Assembly (NCBI GenBank): GCA_001662655.1
Contig: KV460223.1
Source of the DNA: Pseudogymnoascus verrucosus
Lineage: Eukaryota
Strand: one strand, 5' to 3'
DNA: 64,000 nucleotides
In this document: positions 37,178 through 50,028 of the stretch, piece by piece
Layout: each line of letters starts with the position of its first letter
How positions within the stretch are numbered: position 1 is the stretch's first letter
Notes under the pieces: generated by a model
Database searches by the model: none
Told to the model about the DNA's origin: nothing
What the model saw: only the letters and a program-made list of their open reading frames with translations
Program-made: the position numbers and the translations under genes

Positions 37178-40100
37178 TTTCGCGGATTTACGGATGATAA
37201 CTGGGAGTGTGATAGGGCGTGAGCGGGCAACAGGGATTATTTTTTGTAGACAGATGATATTTTTTTACTAGATTTCCTTGAGAGTAGATGTGTTTATTTG
37301 CGGTAGACTAGCATTGAGTATTATTATTTGGCGTTTTTATTTTAAATACAAAAAATGTTATACAAATAACAAATAACATTTCCAATCGGCCCGCCCCCGC
37401 AATGTATCCAACGGCCCGAAATAATGCACATCATGCCCCGTAAATATATGACTTCTCCCGTGCGTCCTCATATTTCTAATACAACAATGACAAACTTGAT
37501 ATAAAATGTCTCAAACACGTGACAAGGCACCCTTCGGTGTGTCTCTCGGAATCTCGCCGCGACTCCTCAATCCAGAATTGCTTTTTCCCACACGACCAAT
37601 CACTCAAATTAATAAGCTGCAGCGAGATATTACCGCTGCACATGCATCCAACAGCGACCTCGATATCCAAGGTTCGAAACCAAACCACGTGATTGGAGAC
37701 ACATGCATCGTTGTCCCTGCAATATAGGCACGCCGGCCCTGTCCGCATTGCATATGGGACGCATGGTATGCAGCCAATATCGGTCCGGCCCTCGAGGTGT
37801 CTGAACTGGTCCTGTTGTTCCAGTGCTGTTGTTCCAGTACAGCTGTTCCAGGATTACCAGAAGTAGGAGGTTCACGGAAGGCATTGAAGGAGGATAGTCC
37901 ACGCGGTGGCACTCTAATTCACGCGGGGAAACGGAGATGTGTATCCACACCTGCTACCTGGATGCATGCACATGCTACCCTACGCGCAGTGCTTGACCTG
38001 GTTGGAGGTCGCCCCATGGAACCTCACCAGCTCCTCGTCTCACCAAACGTCTCCATACTTTGCGGCGACAAAAGAACGGATGAGACCTACTATCCGCATC
38101 AGAGCGCAAACCCGAGAAACCAACATCTCACCATCTCACTATCTCACTAGCCACAACAACCTCACACCCTACCATCGTCCCGCCTCCCCGGCCAAAAACA
38201 CAGCCAATAACCGCGCCCCTTGGCAACACCGATAATGAACGGGCAAGAGCCGATGGATCGACGGCGCTGCCGCACGCACAAGCCCCTTCAACTCACCCCC
38301 AAACTCACCGCCCGGCGTCCACTCGGTCTTCCCCCGACCCGCCGTCCTCGGACGGACGAGACAGGAGACGGACGGGATGTGAGAATCAGACAAAAGCGAG
38401 CGCCTCTGAAGATTCGCAGGACGCGCTACGAGGGGCCGGTGGCTGCAGGGTATGTGTGGCCATGGAACGGGATGGTGCTGCTGGGTGCAAGCATGCTGGA
38501 TTTGTCCGATGCATGGTTGCGCTGTATTTGCACACACACACACACACGCACTCACACTCACATTCACACAGCACATCACAGTAACCTACATTGCATCTCC
38601 CATCCCATCCCATTCCTTCTCTCTCCGCTCCATTATTGCGTCCCCGACCGCCGACCATCTCTCCCTCCCTCGCTCCTCCCTCTCCCCAAGACCATGTTTT
38701 ACAATCCAAATCACCGCCCCACGCGGATCCCCCCTTCCCTACCTAGCACTGTTGTCTTGCCCGTCCGTTTCCACGCCCCGGTTGCGCGGGCAGCCGGTCC
38801 TCCACGCACCCCGTCCCGACCAAGCGTCCCACCGCCATGGCCTGGTATCCCCGTGGCAGCGTGGCCCTCCCGCCGCCCCAGCTGGGGGGTGCGTTACGGT
38901 TACGCTCGGTCGGTCGGTCGGGCACGCGAATACAGTAGGGTGGTGGTAGGGGGGTGCGTGGTTGGGCACGCTGGTATTTAGGATTGGTGATGCATGGGCG
39001 GGCGGGCGTGCACAAGGTGAGGTGAGGTCGGTCGGTCGGCGGTTGCAGGCAGGCAGGTAGGTAGGTGGTGCAGAGAGAGGGAGAGAGAGAAAGAAAGAGA
39101 AAGAGAAAAAACAGCGCGTTTCTCCGCACCCTTGCCTTTTTTTGCTCGAACGCGGGTGTTGGCTGTGGTGGTGATGCTTGGTTTTTTTTCCTTGCCAGGT
39201 TTCCCCATCCCCCCGTACGTTTGTTGTTTATGCAAACCCGATTCCGTGCATTTATCCACGGAGAGAGAGAGAGCAGCGGCGGTGGTGCTGGCTAGCTGGT
39301 GGTTCACCATGAGCGAGTTGAATTGACTTGACTTGCTGGCGATATCTTCCGGCGGGGCCCCGGCTGTGGCCGCGGAATTCAATTGACGACTCCACCACTC
39401 AACTCCACAACTGGCGCGATGAGTGCGACAGTGCTAACCACAGTGGTGCTTTCGAGGAATCGCTACCAGCAATCTAGGCCGAATATAATTTCCCTCCCAT
39501 AAGCCATAGCTCCATTTCCCACACCAACCTAGCTTATTGAACAGGACATTAAAAACCACCATAAAATCCCAGCCCCCACGAGTAATGAGCCTTTTTTTTT
39601 TAACAAAAAAACCCATCTATCCTATGCAGTAAGTAGTCACAATAAAAAAAAACACTAGCCCACCAACGAATGCACGGTCCCCATCCAAACGAATTTCTGG
39701 CACCACCATGCATACATACATACCACGATCCTGCTGGCAGACAACAGACCTCCATCCATCCATCTCGGGATGCGACCACGGTAATCCCCCCTTGAGACCC
39801 CCTTCTACCGACCTAGAACTAAATGGGTGTGCGCGCGCGCGGGCGCTGGGGCACGCAACGAACCAGCGTTATCATAGAGGGAGTGGAGAGGGGAAGGGGA
39901 GAAGGGGAGAGGGTCCCTTCGCTGCTAGCTAGCCCTTGACTGATGCTCCGCTTCGGGTCTCGCCCGCCTGCCACTGGGGGGAGGGAAAAGATGGATCTAG
40001 GTTTCACATGTCACCAAGTACCTCTCTTCTCTTAGGATGTCCGTACTCGATAGTGATCAGTGTGTTGGAGTCAGTGCTCAGTAGTGTGCAGTTGCTATAT

Positions 40101-40933
40101 CCCCTCCCCACCACCACACAACACACAGACCCCGGAAAGGTCACCAAGAGAAAATACACACACACAGAGAGAGAGCGAGGATATTGTGGTATATCTATAA
40201 TAATTTCTAAGTAGTTGTAGTTAACTTATCCGTAAAATTTCCAATCAGCTGTGCTACGTAAAGTGGCAAGCCATAGATAGGTTTGTGAAGATGATCGATG
40301 ACAATCCAAAAAGATGAATGTGACCGGGCGAACAAGAAACCCCCCAAAACGTATGTGCTCGTTTCTCTCTCTCTCTGATATATATGTGCCTGCGGCGAGA
40401 GCCCTTTCCATCAAACAAAAAAAAAGTAGAGCTTTGCGCCGACAAACTCCACGCCATATTTGCAGTTTGTAGAACCCCAACACACATCTCTCATGACATG
40501 AAATGTGACCCTCGTTGAATCATACGCCAACGTTTGAACCCCCCCCCAACCATCCAACCACCCACCCAACCCAACCCTCTTTTGATACTCCGTTCGCCGT
40601 TGGGAGAGAAGAGCGGAACAAGAACAATGCGAATGACATGACGTGCGTGAAGATGTGATGTGATGACGGCGGACATACGTTTACACAACAACGTACGTCT
40701 GATGAAAAGACGAATTCGGGTAACAAACACCTGCTGCTCAAAGCTGGGGTTTCTGTAGATAGATGATGATGATAACAAACGACGCACTCCCGGGGACCAT
40801 GCCGCTTCGGAGGAGCGGCGTCGCTCGCGCAATCGATGTAGGATAAGAGGATAGAAGTCATAACGGTCATGGCACAGCCCAGCGCGGGGCCTGCTCGGCA
40901 TTCCTGTCGCTAGACGGGACAGGAGGAGGCCGC

Positions 40934-41752
40934 TCATAAAATAACACACTTCTTGGCCTTTTGCCTATCCTCCCTGTGGTTCCTCGGAGGCCTATCGCCG
41001 CGCGGCGCCTCGCCGAGCGCAGCACCTGCGCCCCTCGCGTTCGGCGTCGCGCGCAGGCTCTGCTGCCGTTGTCGGCGGAGCAGGCGCACGACGTCGTAGA
41101 AGGCCTTCTCGACGTTGATGCAATTCTTCGCCGAGGCCTCGACGAACTCGCAGCCCAGCTCGCGGGCGAGCGCGTGGCCCTCCTGCGTCGAGACTTCGCG
41201 CTCCGTCACGCGGTCTGCCTTGTTGCCTACGAGCATGATGGGGACGGCGCCGGGGGGGCCGGAGGGCGCGGAGAAGGACCCGGGGTATGAGGGCGGAGAG
41301 GCTTCCTTGACGCGCTGGATCTGGTGGTGGAATCGCTGGATGCGGGTGAATGAGGAGCGCGAGGAGATGGAGTAGACGAGGACGAAGCCTTCGCCGTCGC
41401 GGATCCACTGGTCACGGAGGGCAGTGTATTCCTCCTGGCCGGCTGTGTCGAGGACCTCGAGCATGCAGGATTGCCCGTCTATGACGACTTGTTTGCGATA
41501 GGAGTCCTCAATTGTCGGGTCGTAGCTGGAGAATTGAAAGTTAGCCACGCAGCTGGAGCTTCGGGAGGGGGGGAGCTACTCACGTCTCGACGAAATGCTG
41601 GAGGCATAGCTGTATCGTTAAAGCGGTCTAGAGCTGTGCGTGAGCTTTGATGTCCCAGGGGCGGAGGGAGAGAGGGCCGCGGGAGCACCGACCTTGCCAA
41701 CACCACCATCTCCAAGCACCACCAGCTTGTACAGGATCATCTTTCCCGACAT
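40934..41752 (-). CDS. RAS2: Ras-family small GTPase, fungal Ras2/RasB type
   Basis: YKLVVLGDGGVGK-TALTIQL, YDPTIEDSY, DTAGQEEY, NKAD, EASAK and C-terminal CAAX (KKCVIL); two introns. Confidence 0.95.
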
Positions 41753-42370
41753 ATTGTAGAGGTGTTGTCGTTCTGCAATGCTGCTTCGCTAGATGTTCAT
41801 GTATCTCGACTGTGGGGAAGTTTATCGGCGGGACGAGCTTCTTTCAAGGACGAGTAATGGTGGGGCAAGAGACAGGAGACAGGTTTTTGCACGGGCTTTG
41901 GGTTGGTTGCTGCTTGGTGGTACTGCTGGCTTGCTGCGGCTATTAATTGTCTGAGAGAGATCGAGATGGGCCAAGCTTCTACAACAGTACGTTCCTTCCA
42001 ATGCAGTCTCGTGCGGGAAGGGAAATTCAGGGAAGAGCGACGGCGGCGGAAGGAAGGAAGTAGAATTCAGGTGTAGTCGGAGTAGTCGCAGTAGTCGCAG
42101 TAGTAGTGGTGGTAGCTTGGGGGGTGATGGGATAAGAGCAATGCAGTAGTGCGTCCAGAAGCTCGGACGGAGTTTTTTGGGTGGTGGATAGGTGGGTAGT
42201 AGTAGTAACAGTAGTGTAGGTAAGGTAGTTTTTAGTAACAATCGCTCGATAATCAACAAATCTGATTCCGAGACGAGAGATATAATGGGGAGATATTGAG
42301 ATAATATTGGGAAATAATAATGGTAAACTAAAGGGCTTTTTCGGGATAGGAGGTTGGGTTTACTTTTCGG

Positions 42371-42480
42371 AGTACTAGTAGTAGTATAGTAGTAGTAGTA
42401 GAGTAGTAGTAGAGTAGTAGAGAGTAGTAGAGAGTTAGTAGCAGAGAGTATAGTATTATAGTAGACCAGTAGTACGAGTA
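42371..42480. repeat. Imperfect (AGT)n/(AGTAG)n microsatellite upstream of RAS2
   Basis: Directly visible; similar runs at 42073-42110 and 42197-42215. Confidence 0.8.
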
Positions 42481-43877
42481 CAGCTAGAGGACAGTGCAGT
42501 AATTAATTGTACAAAGCAAGTACAGCACAGTACAGCAAAGTAGTATGTGCGTGCAGTCAAGTCTTTCAGTACATGACAATATGCACAGTCGAGTTGCAAA
42601 ATCGTTCAAATAAACAGCAACAAGGTGCGTGTATACACACACAAAGTACAGCACAGCAAGGTACGGGTGCAGTCTAGAGTACAGTCTAGAGGAGGTATGT
42701 AAGTATGTAAGTTATCGTTTATTCCTCAAAAAACTCGTCGATCCCTACTCAACCCATACCTGCGTCTACGATATCCACCGAGAGATTTACAATACAGTAA
42801 CTATAGTTCGGGAAAGACAGGTAATCACTAAAACAGTAACCCCAAAACCCGCTCAATCCTTCCTCCTCTCATCTCCCTAAAATCCATTTAAACCCAAAAA
42901 CACAAATCAAGGTATAACGCAACATGCACCTTCTCCACGAAACTGTCACCATGACAGGAAGTCCCCATCTCGTCAGCACTCTAGTTACCGAAGCGACACC
43001 ACACTACACAACATACGCACACGCACACGCGCACACACAACCACAGCATCTTACATAAGCAAGGGTTACGACACCACCACACCACCACCACACACACGGG
43101 GCCCACAGACAATCAATGGAGCTTGGAAGAGCTGTGAGCTGTGCCTGCCTACTTGCTATGTGGACCCAGTGGCGCCCACAGCTCCCACTCCTCACCACTC
43201 CCTCCCTCCACGGACCGAATTGTCACAGTCAAGCGAGAGGGGTACGTGACACATCGCTGTATAAAAACCAACGTCTAGGCTCGATCAGCGGCTTGGGATC
43301 GGCGAGGGCAACCCGTCGTAATAGGCGCGAGGGGATGCACATCATCGGCTCTGGGGGGGAGTGGCGTGCGAGCGAGCGCACGCCGAGACGGTCGGACTTT
43401 GGGTAGGTATGGATTAAGCCGTTCTAGCCTCGAGCCATTGCGCAAATATCCGCGCGACTATTACTAAAACCACGCTCATGAGGAAAAGGGGGGGGGGGGG
43501 AAGAGGGGCCAATGGTATTGGTTATGCGTGAAAGGTGCTTGGAAAAGCTGTATTTGAATGTGTCGTAAATCGCCCGTCTGGCTTGCAGTCTGGCCTGCAG
43601 TTTGAATAAACCTATTTGCTTCTGCAACAATTTCATCCTCCATCCCAGCCATAACCTCCTCCCGGCTAAGATACCAGAAAAATCCTCCAAAAATCCATCC
43701 TATCTTAAAAACAAAAAGGAGTTTTCCGGCCGCAAAAAATAAAAGAGCCCGTCATGTCGTGGAGACTAGTTGTTGTCCTCCCAACTCCTCCAAACGCCCT
43801 TCCAAGTATATACATAGAAAAATCTGTCGGCTCGTCGTTGAGCCAGCCTTTGGTATTGGGTGTGTGTGAAAATGCGA

Positions 43878-45197
43878 TCAATCAGTCGCATGCTCGTCGC
43901 CAAACGGCGTCTCATCCTTCTTCTTCGCCTCCTCCTTAGCGCTCGCCTCGCTCTGCGCCTTCTTCGACTGAGCCTCCTCGATAACCGCGCTCAAGCTCCC
44001 CTTCTTCACATGTCCCTTCGTCTTCGGCGATGAAGCAGCTGGTGACGGATCGCTGAACGGCCCCTGCTCAACAGTGGGTGTGTCGTCGATAATGGTGATA
44101 GCTGCGGATTCGCGGCTAGCATCATTTTCCTGCGCCTCGGTCTCGCTCGACTCTGCGGTTGTAGATTTCGGCTTATTGATCTTCTTTTGAATCACTTTGA
44201 CCATCGTTGGCTTGATCTGCGTTGCTGTAGCTGCGCTGGCGCTGTTGAGGAAGGTGGAGCCGACGCTGAATGCTGGGCTGGGTGGGGGTTGCATGTTGTT
44301 GTTTTTATATCGGGTGTAATCCACGTTTGGAACTGGTGGTGTTAATTCACCCGGCGAGTGGCCTCCGTTGGACTTGACGCTGATCACAGCTGCCTTTCCT
44401 CTCATAACAGTCTGGGCGGGTAACGGTGAAAGAACGGCGTTCTTGCCGTAGATGGTAGATGCGACACTGGATCGTGGTGCGTATGACGTTCGGTCAGTCA
44501 TGGCAGAGTAAGTCGAGTCGCGGAGGTCGCCAGGCATGAAGAAGTGCTCGTCCTCGTAGCTCGGGGTGCCTGCGCCCGAGAGGGCGATAGGGATCGGAGG
44601 AACCGGGGGAACGAGGAGGCCGGGCGTTGAAGGTGCCGATCTGTTCGTAACGCCTGGAATATATGCAATCTGGATAATGTTGGATGCTCTGGTAAGAACG
44701 GTAGAAGCGATCGAGCCGACTGTATGAGTAGACGCACGCGCGTCCCGCCTTGATGCGAAATCCTTCTCCGAATCCGTCGCTTGGTTGGTATATTGCTCCG
44801 CATATTCCTCCTCGTACTGAGCCCTCCTGTTCTTGACGAAGAATCTCCACACAAGGTATACGACAATCGCAATCGCCGCCAGTCCTCCGATAACACCGCC
44901 CGCGATGGCACCGACATTGGGGCTGGAATCACCACCGCCAACTGTTGATGTATCAGGGTTCGCTGGGGTGACTACTGTAGGATCGACGATACAGGACGTC
45001 GATTGGCAGGTGTCGCAGGTCTGGACTGATATTGAGCATTTCGAGCCCGTCGGGCAGGATGGACAAGCAGGTGTTACTGAAGGGCAGGGGACACACTCGC
45101 GGGCAAACAGACCCCTCGACACTGGCAGATGTTAGAATCGAAAAGGGACGCAGGTGGGTTGGGTTGTCAACTTACTATCGCCGCCGAAGACTGCCAT
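43878..45197 (-). CDS. OPY2: Opy2-like single-pass membrane anchor (HOG/filamentation MAPK signalling)
   Basis: Cys-rich CVPCP...CPSCP...C...QTC.TC...C domain, TM helix GAIAGGVIGGLAAIAIVVYLVW and ASNIIQIAYIPGV motif. Short first exon MAVFGGD plus intron. Confidence 0.88.
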
Positions 45198-46877
45198 TTG
45201 AGCGATTTATGGGTAGTATATGATAGGAGTGGGAACAGGCCCAATGTATTTAGTAGAGAGAGCCTCTGCTAGCAAGGCAAACGATCTGAGCACAGCCCGG
45301 GATCGCCTTGCAACTTGTGGTTGCCGCCGTACCGAGTTCTGGTCCTGAAGTTGACGTGGCACAGCCGAACGAGTTTATCTTCCAACCACCTGCTGATGTC
45401 CTGTGGAACTCTGTTGCTTAACTCGTACGAGCTTGTTGTGTTGTGCCTGGGGGTTGTATAATGATATTTGATTGAAGTGGAACAGTGGATTGCAAATCGT
45501 AATAAATGGGTGCGTGAAAGTTGATATATAGTGAGCGAATGTGGTGGTATCTCGAGTTGTTGAGATGACCAGAGGTTATAGTTGCGAGCGTCTGTTTCCT
45601 AACATTGAGACGGGTCGATCAATTCGACTCGCTGGTTATGAAAGGTCGGTATTCGTGGTAAGATATTTGTTTGAATCGCGACAGTTGAAGCCAAGGCTAA
45701 GAGCGGATGTCGAGGGTCTGGGTTCGAAGTAGCGTTGGGGACCTGAAAAGTCGGTGAAAAAAGGTGCAGTTCGGGGAAATCGAGAATTGGGGAAGGAAGG
45801 GCAAAATGGGACCCTGAACAATGACACGGATGGGGTATGAAGTTGAAGATGAGGGTGAAGATGGAGATGGTGGTGAGGATGAGGGACGAGGCAGGTGGTG
45901 GTGGTGAGATGAGATGCGAGCTGAGGGGACAACGGGCGGGTCTGCCGTCGTGGGTGGTGGGCGGCATGGAAGCCGTGGCTGAATGATCGGAAATGACAAG
46001 GGGGGGTTGATAACGCATTAGGCCGAAATCAGCTAGGAGATATTAGCCGTGGACCCCCAGTGAGCCCTTCGTGTTCCTGGATGGCGGCGTCTGATTCGAG
46101 GGTTCCTGACTCTGAGAAGGAAAAAACGCGTCGTACTTTGAGTACTTTGGTGTTTGTACTCTTACGCATAAACGACGGCCAGAACAAATGATTTGCAGAC
46201 GGTGCTAAGGTGCTAAGATGCTAAGATGCTAACATTACGGTGTAATATTAGATCTATACGAAGTACGCTGTACGCTTATACCATTGGCAATGGCAATCAT
46301 ATGAAGAGGAGACACATGGCTGTCACGGGCGAAGGATCATCATCCCTCGCACAAGCACAGCACACGGTCTTCTCCTCCTCCAGACAATCAAATGCCGCTA
46401 TACAGTATAGATAGACAAGTACATACCAACCACGATCAACGATCAACGATCCAGCGCATCATCAATCCCTCTCCCCAACCTCTCCCACCGAAAATCCCTT
46501 CCACTCAAGCAGGATATGCACAACCAACACGAAATAGCGCGTCGTAGCCGCAGAAAAGGTGGCGTTCTGAAAAGATTCCCTGGCGTGCTTCTACGGAGGA
46601 ATGCCGCTGAAACATCGCGTCCGCGATCATCCCCACTATTAAGGTGATACCGCGGCCGTTCGCCATCACCCACGTTTCAGAAACAGTTCTCTCCACAACC
46701 ATACTCCACAGATCCGCTCGACTGCCGCTCAACTGGCTCTATATTGGTCTTTTTGGCAGAAAAGGTCTGGCCGGTTTACACGGTCGTGGGTGAAAGTTAC
46801 CTGTCTGTATCCACATATTCGTTCAGACAATCAATCGAGCGATTGAGTTGGTTGCTTGTGCTCGGAGTTTAATTTGC

Positions 46878-47009
46878 ATCACGATGCTGAATGCCAATGT
46901 TGCCTTGATCAAAATTGCACATGCGCAGGTGGTCAATGTGTGAATCACGATGCTGAACGTTGCCCTCCCTTGCCTGGTCGAAATTGCACATGCGCAAGTG
47001 GTCAATGTG
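46878..47009. repeat. Two-copy direct repeat of ~66-69 nt
   Basis: atcacgatgctgaa...aaattgcacatgcgcargtggtcaatgtg at 46878 and 46944. Confidence 0.85.
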
Positions 47010-47195
47010 AGGGAAGCAAGGGGAAACAACCATGCCGAACTTTGTACAGATCTCAAAAAGTATTGTATTGCATTATTCTAATGTCTCACAAAAAGAAAAC
47101 GATATCGTTTTTATACATGTAGCAACATACCCAAACACAAAAACGCCGGTCATTATATGTTGACGAGACATACTCGCGGGCGTAATACGCCCTTT

Positions 47196-50028
47196 TCAAC
47201 GTCTCCTGAAGCAGCGCATGATTCCGGACTTGCCCAGGAACCACAGGCATCCAATAAAGCGAACGAGAGACAGACAGGCTGTTGCGATGAGCAGGGCCTG
47301 GAAGAACTTGGCTGTGCGAGCAGATGCTTTGTTCTATGATATTGTTAGTTAATGTCGGATGGTATGTATGGATGTTTAAACTTACCCCGAATCCGAACGA
47401 ATCGAAGTTGTCGCTAGTAATGACCACGGCAAGAATGGCGTTGGAGAAAATCCAGAAAGCCACCAGGGTCGTTCTGAAAGACTTGTAGGAATCCTCCAAA
47501 GACTTGGACTCATCCTCCTTAGGCGCCTTGTATTCCTTGAGAGCGCGCTTGACAGTTGCCTCAAACTGACTATCAATATCCTCTTGCGGCTTGTCGATTT
47601 CTTCAATGACAGCCGCCTTGCCTTCGACCTTGGTTGTCTGTGCAGATGGCAAAGCATCGACCTTATCGGATCCCTTGGTTCCCCAAGACACATCGTGCCA
47701 GTTGCTGTAGGAGTAGACGTTGAGGATGTTGATGTACGAGGATGCGACAAGCAGGTATTGAGGGAAGGAGTGGAACATGTGCCATGGGTCCAGGTAAAGG
47801 AACGAGGCGACGAAGTATAGACCGAAAGTGGCCGCAAGCGCGATGAGAATGATACCAGAGCTGTTAGACGAGAAGATATTCGTGGTGAAGATCGCTGTTT
47901 TGTCCACGTTTGATCCAACAAACGCGCGTACAACCAGGAACATAGACAGCGTAATGACATACAGCTGGATGAACGAGAAGATCATGAACGATGTGATGTA
48001 TGTGTAACGAGATCCCTTTGGCCTATTTCCGAGGGCCAGGACGAATTGCATGACCAGACATCCGAGATATAGGTACTTTAGAATCGTATTGATGATCGGG
48101 GTCGCTGTGTCTCCGAAAGGCCATCCGTGGTGCTCTGCTCCGGTGTTAGAAGCTGGCTCTGGAAGACCAACAAGATCCATGATAACAGTCGTTGTAAGCC
48201 AGTAAGAGGCGAGCGAAAACCAAGTGAGAATAACCGTGAAGACGTTGTAAACAAGCTGGATATGGAAGAAGAACATGCGGACCAAGTTGTGTCCACTCTT
48301 GTACATTCTACCGAAATGCATGACAGAGTAAACACTGGCTGCAAATGAACCGTTGAGCCATCTACGACGCTGGCCAATGAATTCAGGGGCGCCCTCAGGA
48401 ACATCCGTTTCTCCCTTTGCCGCCTTGATGTAGGTTAAATGCCACTTCGAACCAGCCTTGGCGACCAACTCGAAGCAAAGAATACGATCCTCGGCCAAGA
48501 ACATGTTCTTCTTGAAAATGTTCATGCCCTCGATACCCTTCTTTCCAAGAATCGCAGAAAGCGTATGATCACCGTGGAAGTACTGCTCGAGCGGGCGGCC
48601 AATAATAGCACGATAACGGTATGCTGAGAAAGCACCCGGCAACACACTGACATATCCGAAAGAGCTCTCAAGCGGCTTGTCGAGAATGTTACTGATCTTG
48701 TACTCGAAGTTCTGAGCTGCAACCAGAGGATTGATCAGGTTGCGCCCGCCCTTGCCCAACATGGCATGGATTTCACCACAAGCTCCTCCGAGATCTTTGT
48801 CGTTGAAGAAACCTTCCCACAGCGACAAGAGCGATTTGGGGCCAGGCTTAGTACCCGCATCCAGCAGAATGCAGACTTCTGGGTTCAGAATACGTCCGAA
48901 AGCATTGAACAACCAACGATGGGAGTTAATCTTCTTGCTGTTCTTCTGCTTCAAGCAGAACATCATCTGCACGGGTGGCAGGTTGTTTGCCGCACCCTCT
49001 TGAGGACGCACAAGCTGCTGGTTGGCAGTCACCGAGATTTGCGTTGTGTACTCGAAGATATGAGCGACTGTCTCTTTTCCGTCGATGTCCTTCTTCATGA
49101 CACCTTCTTGGAAGACACCGACAGTGGCCAGAACGTCAAGAACCTCCTTGTCGCAAGCATCAAAACCATCAAAGACCAAGCAAACGACAATCTTTTGCCA
49201 TGCCTGTCCTCCCTTGTTCCAGAACTCAGTCTTCTTGAGACGGACAATGTCGTTGATGTTCTGCATGACACCGTGCAGCGTGCGCGAAAGCAGCGCCTTA
49301 TCTTCGTTATAGTATGTAATCGCAATCAAGAGCTCAGTGTGCCTATTGTACATCGCAGGCCTCAAATTGTAACCGTTCCTCATTGTGAAGTCGTTAGGGT
49401 CGCAGGTAGCCGCGGTGTATCTCATGTGGGTGAATTCTTCGTTTCCAGCTTCGACATCGGCTGTGTATTTCTTCTCTATCGAGTTCTTGATGGCACTCGG
49501 GACTGGGTAATCGATACTGAGGACCGAGCCCTGGATAAGCTTCACCTTTCTTGTAGGGTAGCGCTTGAGGCCTCCGCCGCCAGGAGCCTGACGCTTTCTC
49601 CAGGCATCTTCCGAGTCGATCGTTCGCGATGGCGACGGGGCTCGGTTTGTGCCTCCGAAAGGAATGTCCTCGAGTTCGATTCCTTGCTGGAAGGATGAGC
49701 CGCTCGAATACTCTGTCGCATGTTGTGGGTTCTGCTGCCCAGGCACTGCGTACGACTCTGTCAAGCTGTATGCTGTCGAGACAGGCCTCTGAATTTCCAG
49801 ATTCGATTGATTGTTTCCATCAAATGGGGACTGGTATGCATGCCCACCGCCTGGGGAAAGCAGGCCAAGTTCGGATTCATCGCGAGCGTCTGGCCTAGGT
49901 TGGTTATACTGGCCGTTTGTTAGTATTTGGCAGTAGTTGGCTCACCACGCCGAAGGGGTAACACGTACTCTAGGATCCGAAGGGTCCACCTCACGAAGAG
50001 GTGCCCCTGGATTGTAACGACCTTCCAT
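47196..50028 (-). CDS. Chitin synthase, division 1, class III
   Basis: [54 protein letters not shown]-terminal [13 protein letters not shown]. First exon from ATG 50028; last exon ends ...CFRRR stop at 47196. Confidence 0.95.

Noticed and set aside
37480..40480. ORFs and a possible long C-rich/G-rich fold-back downstream of RAS2
   Set aside because: ORFs are low-complexity; complementarity rests on short simple-sequence matches.
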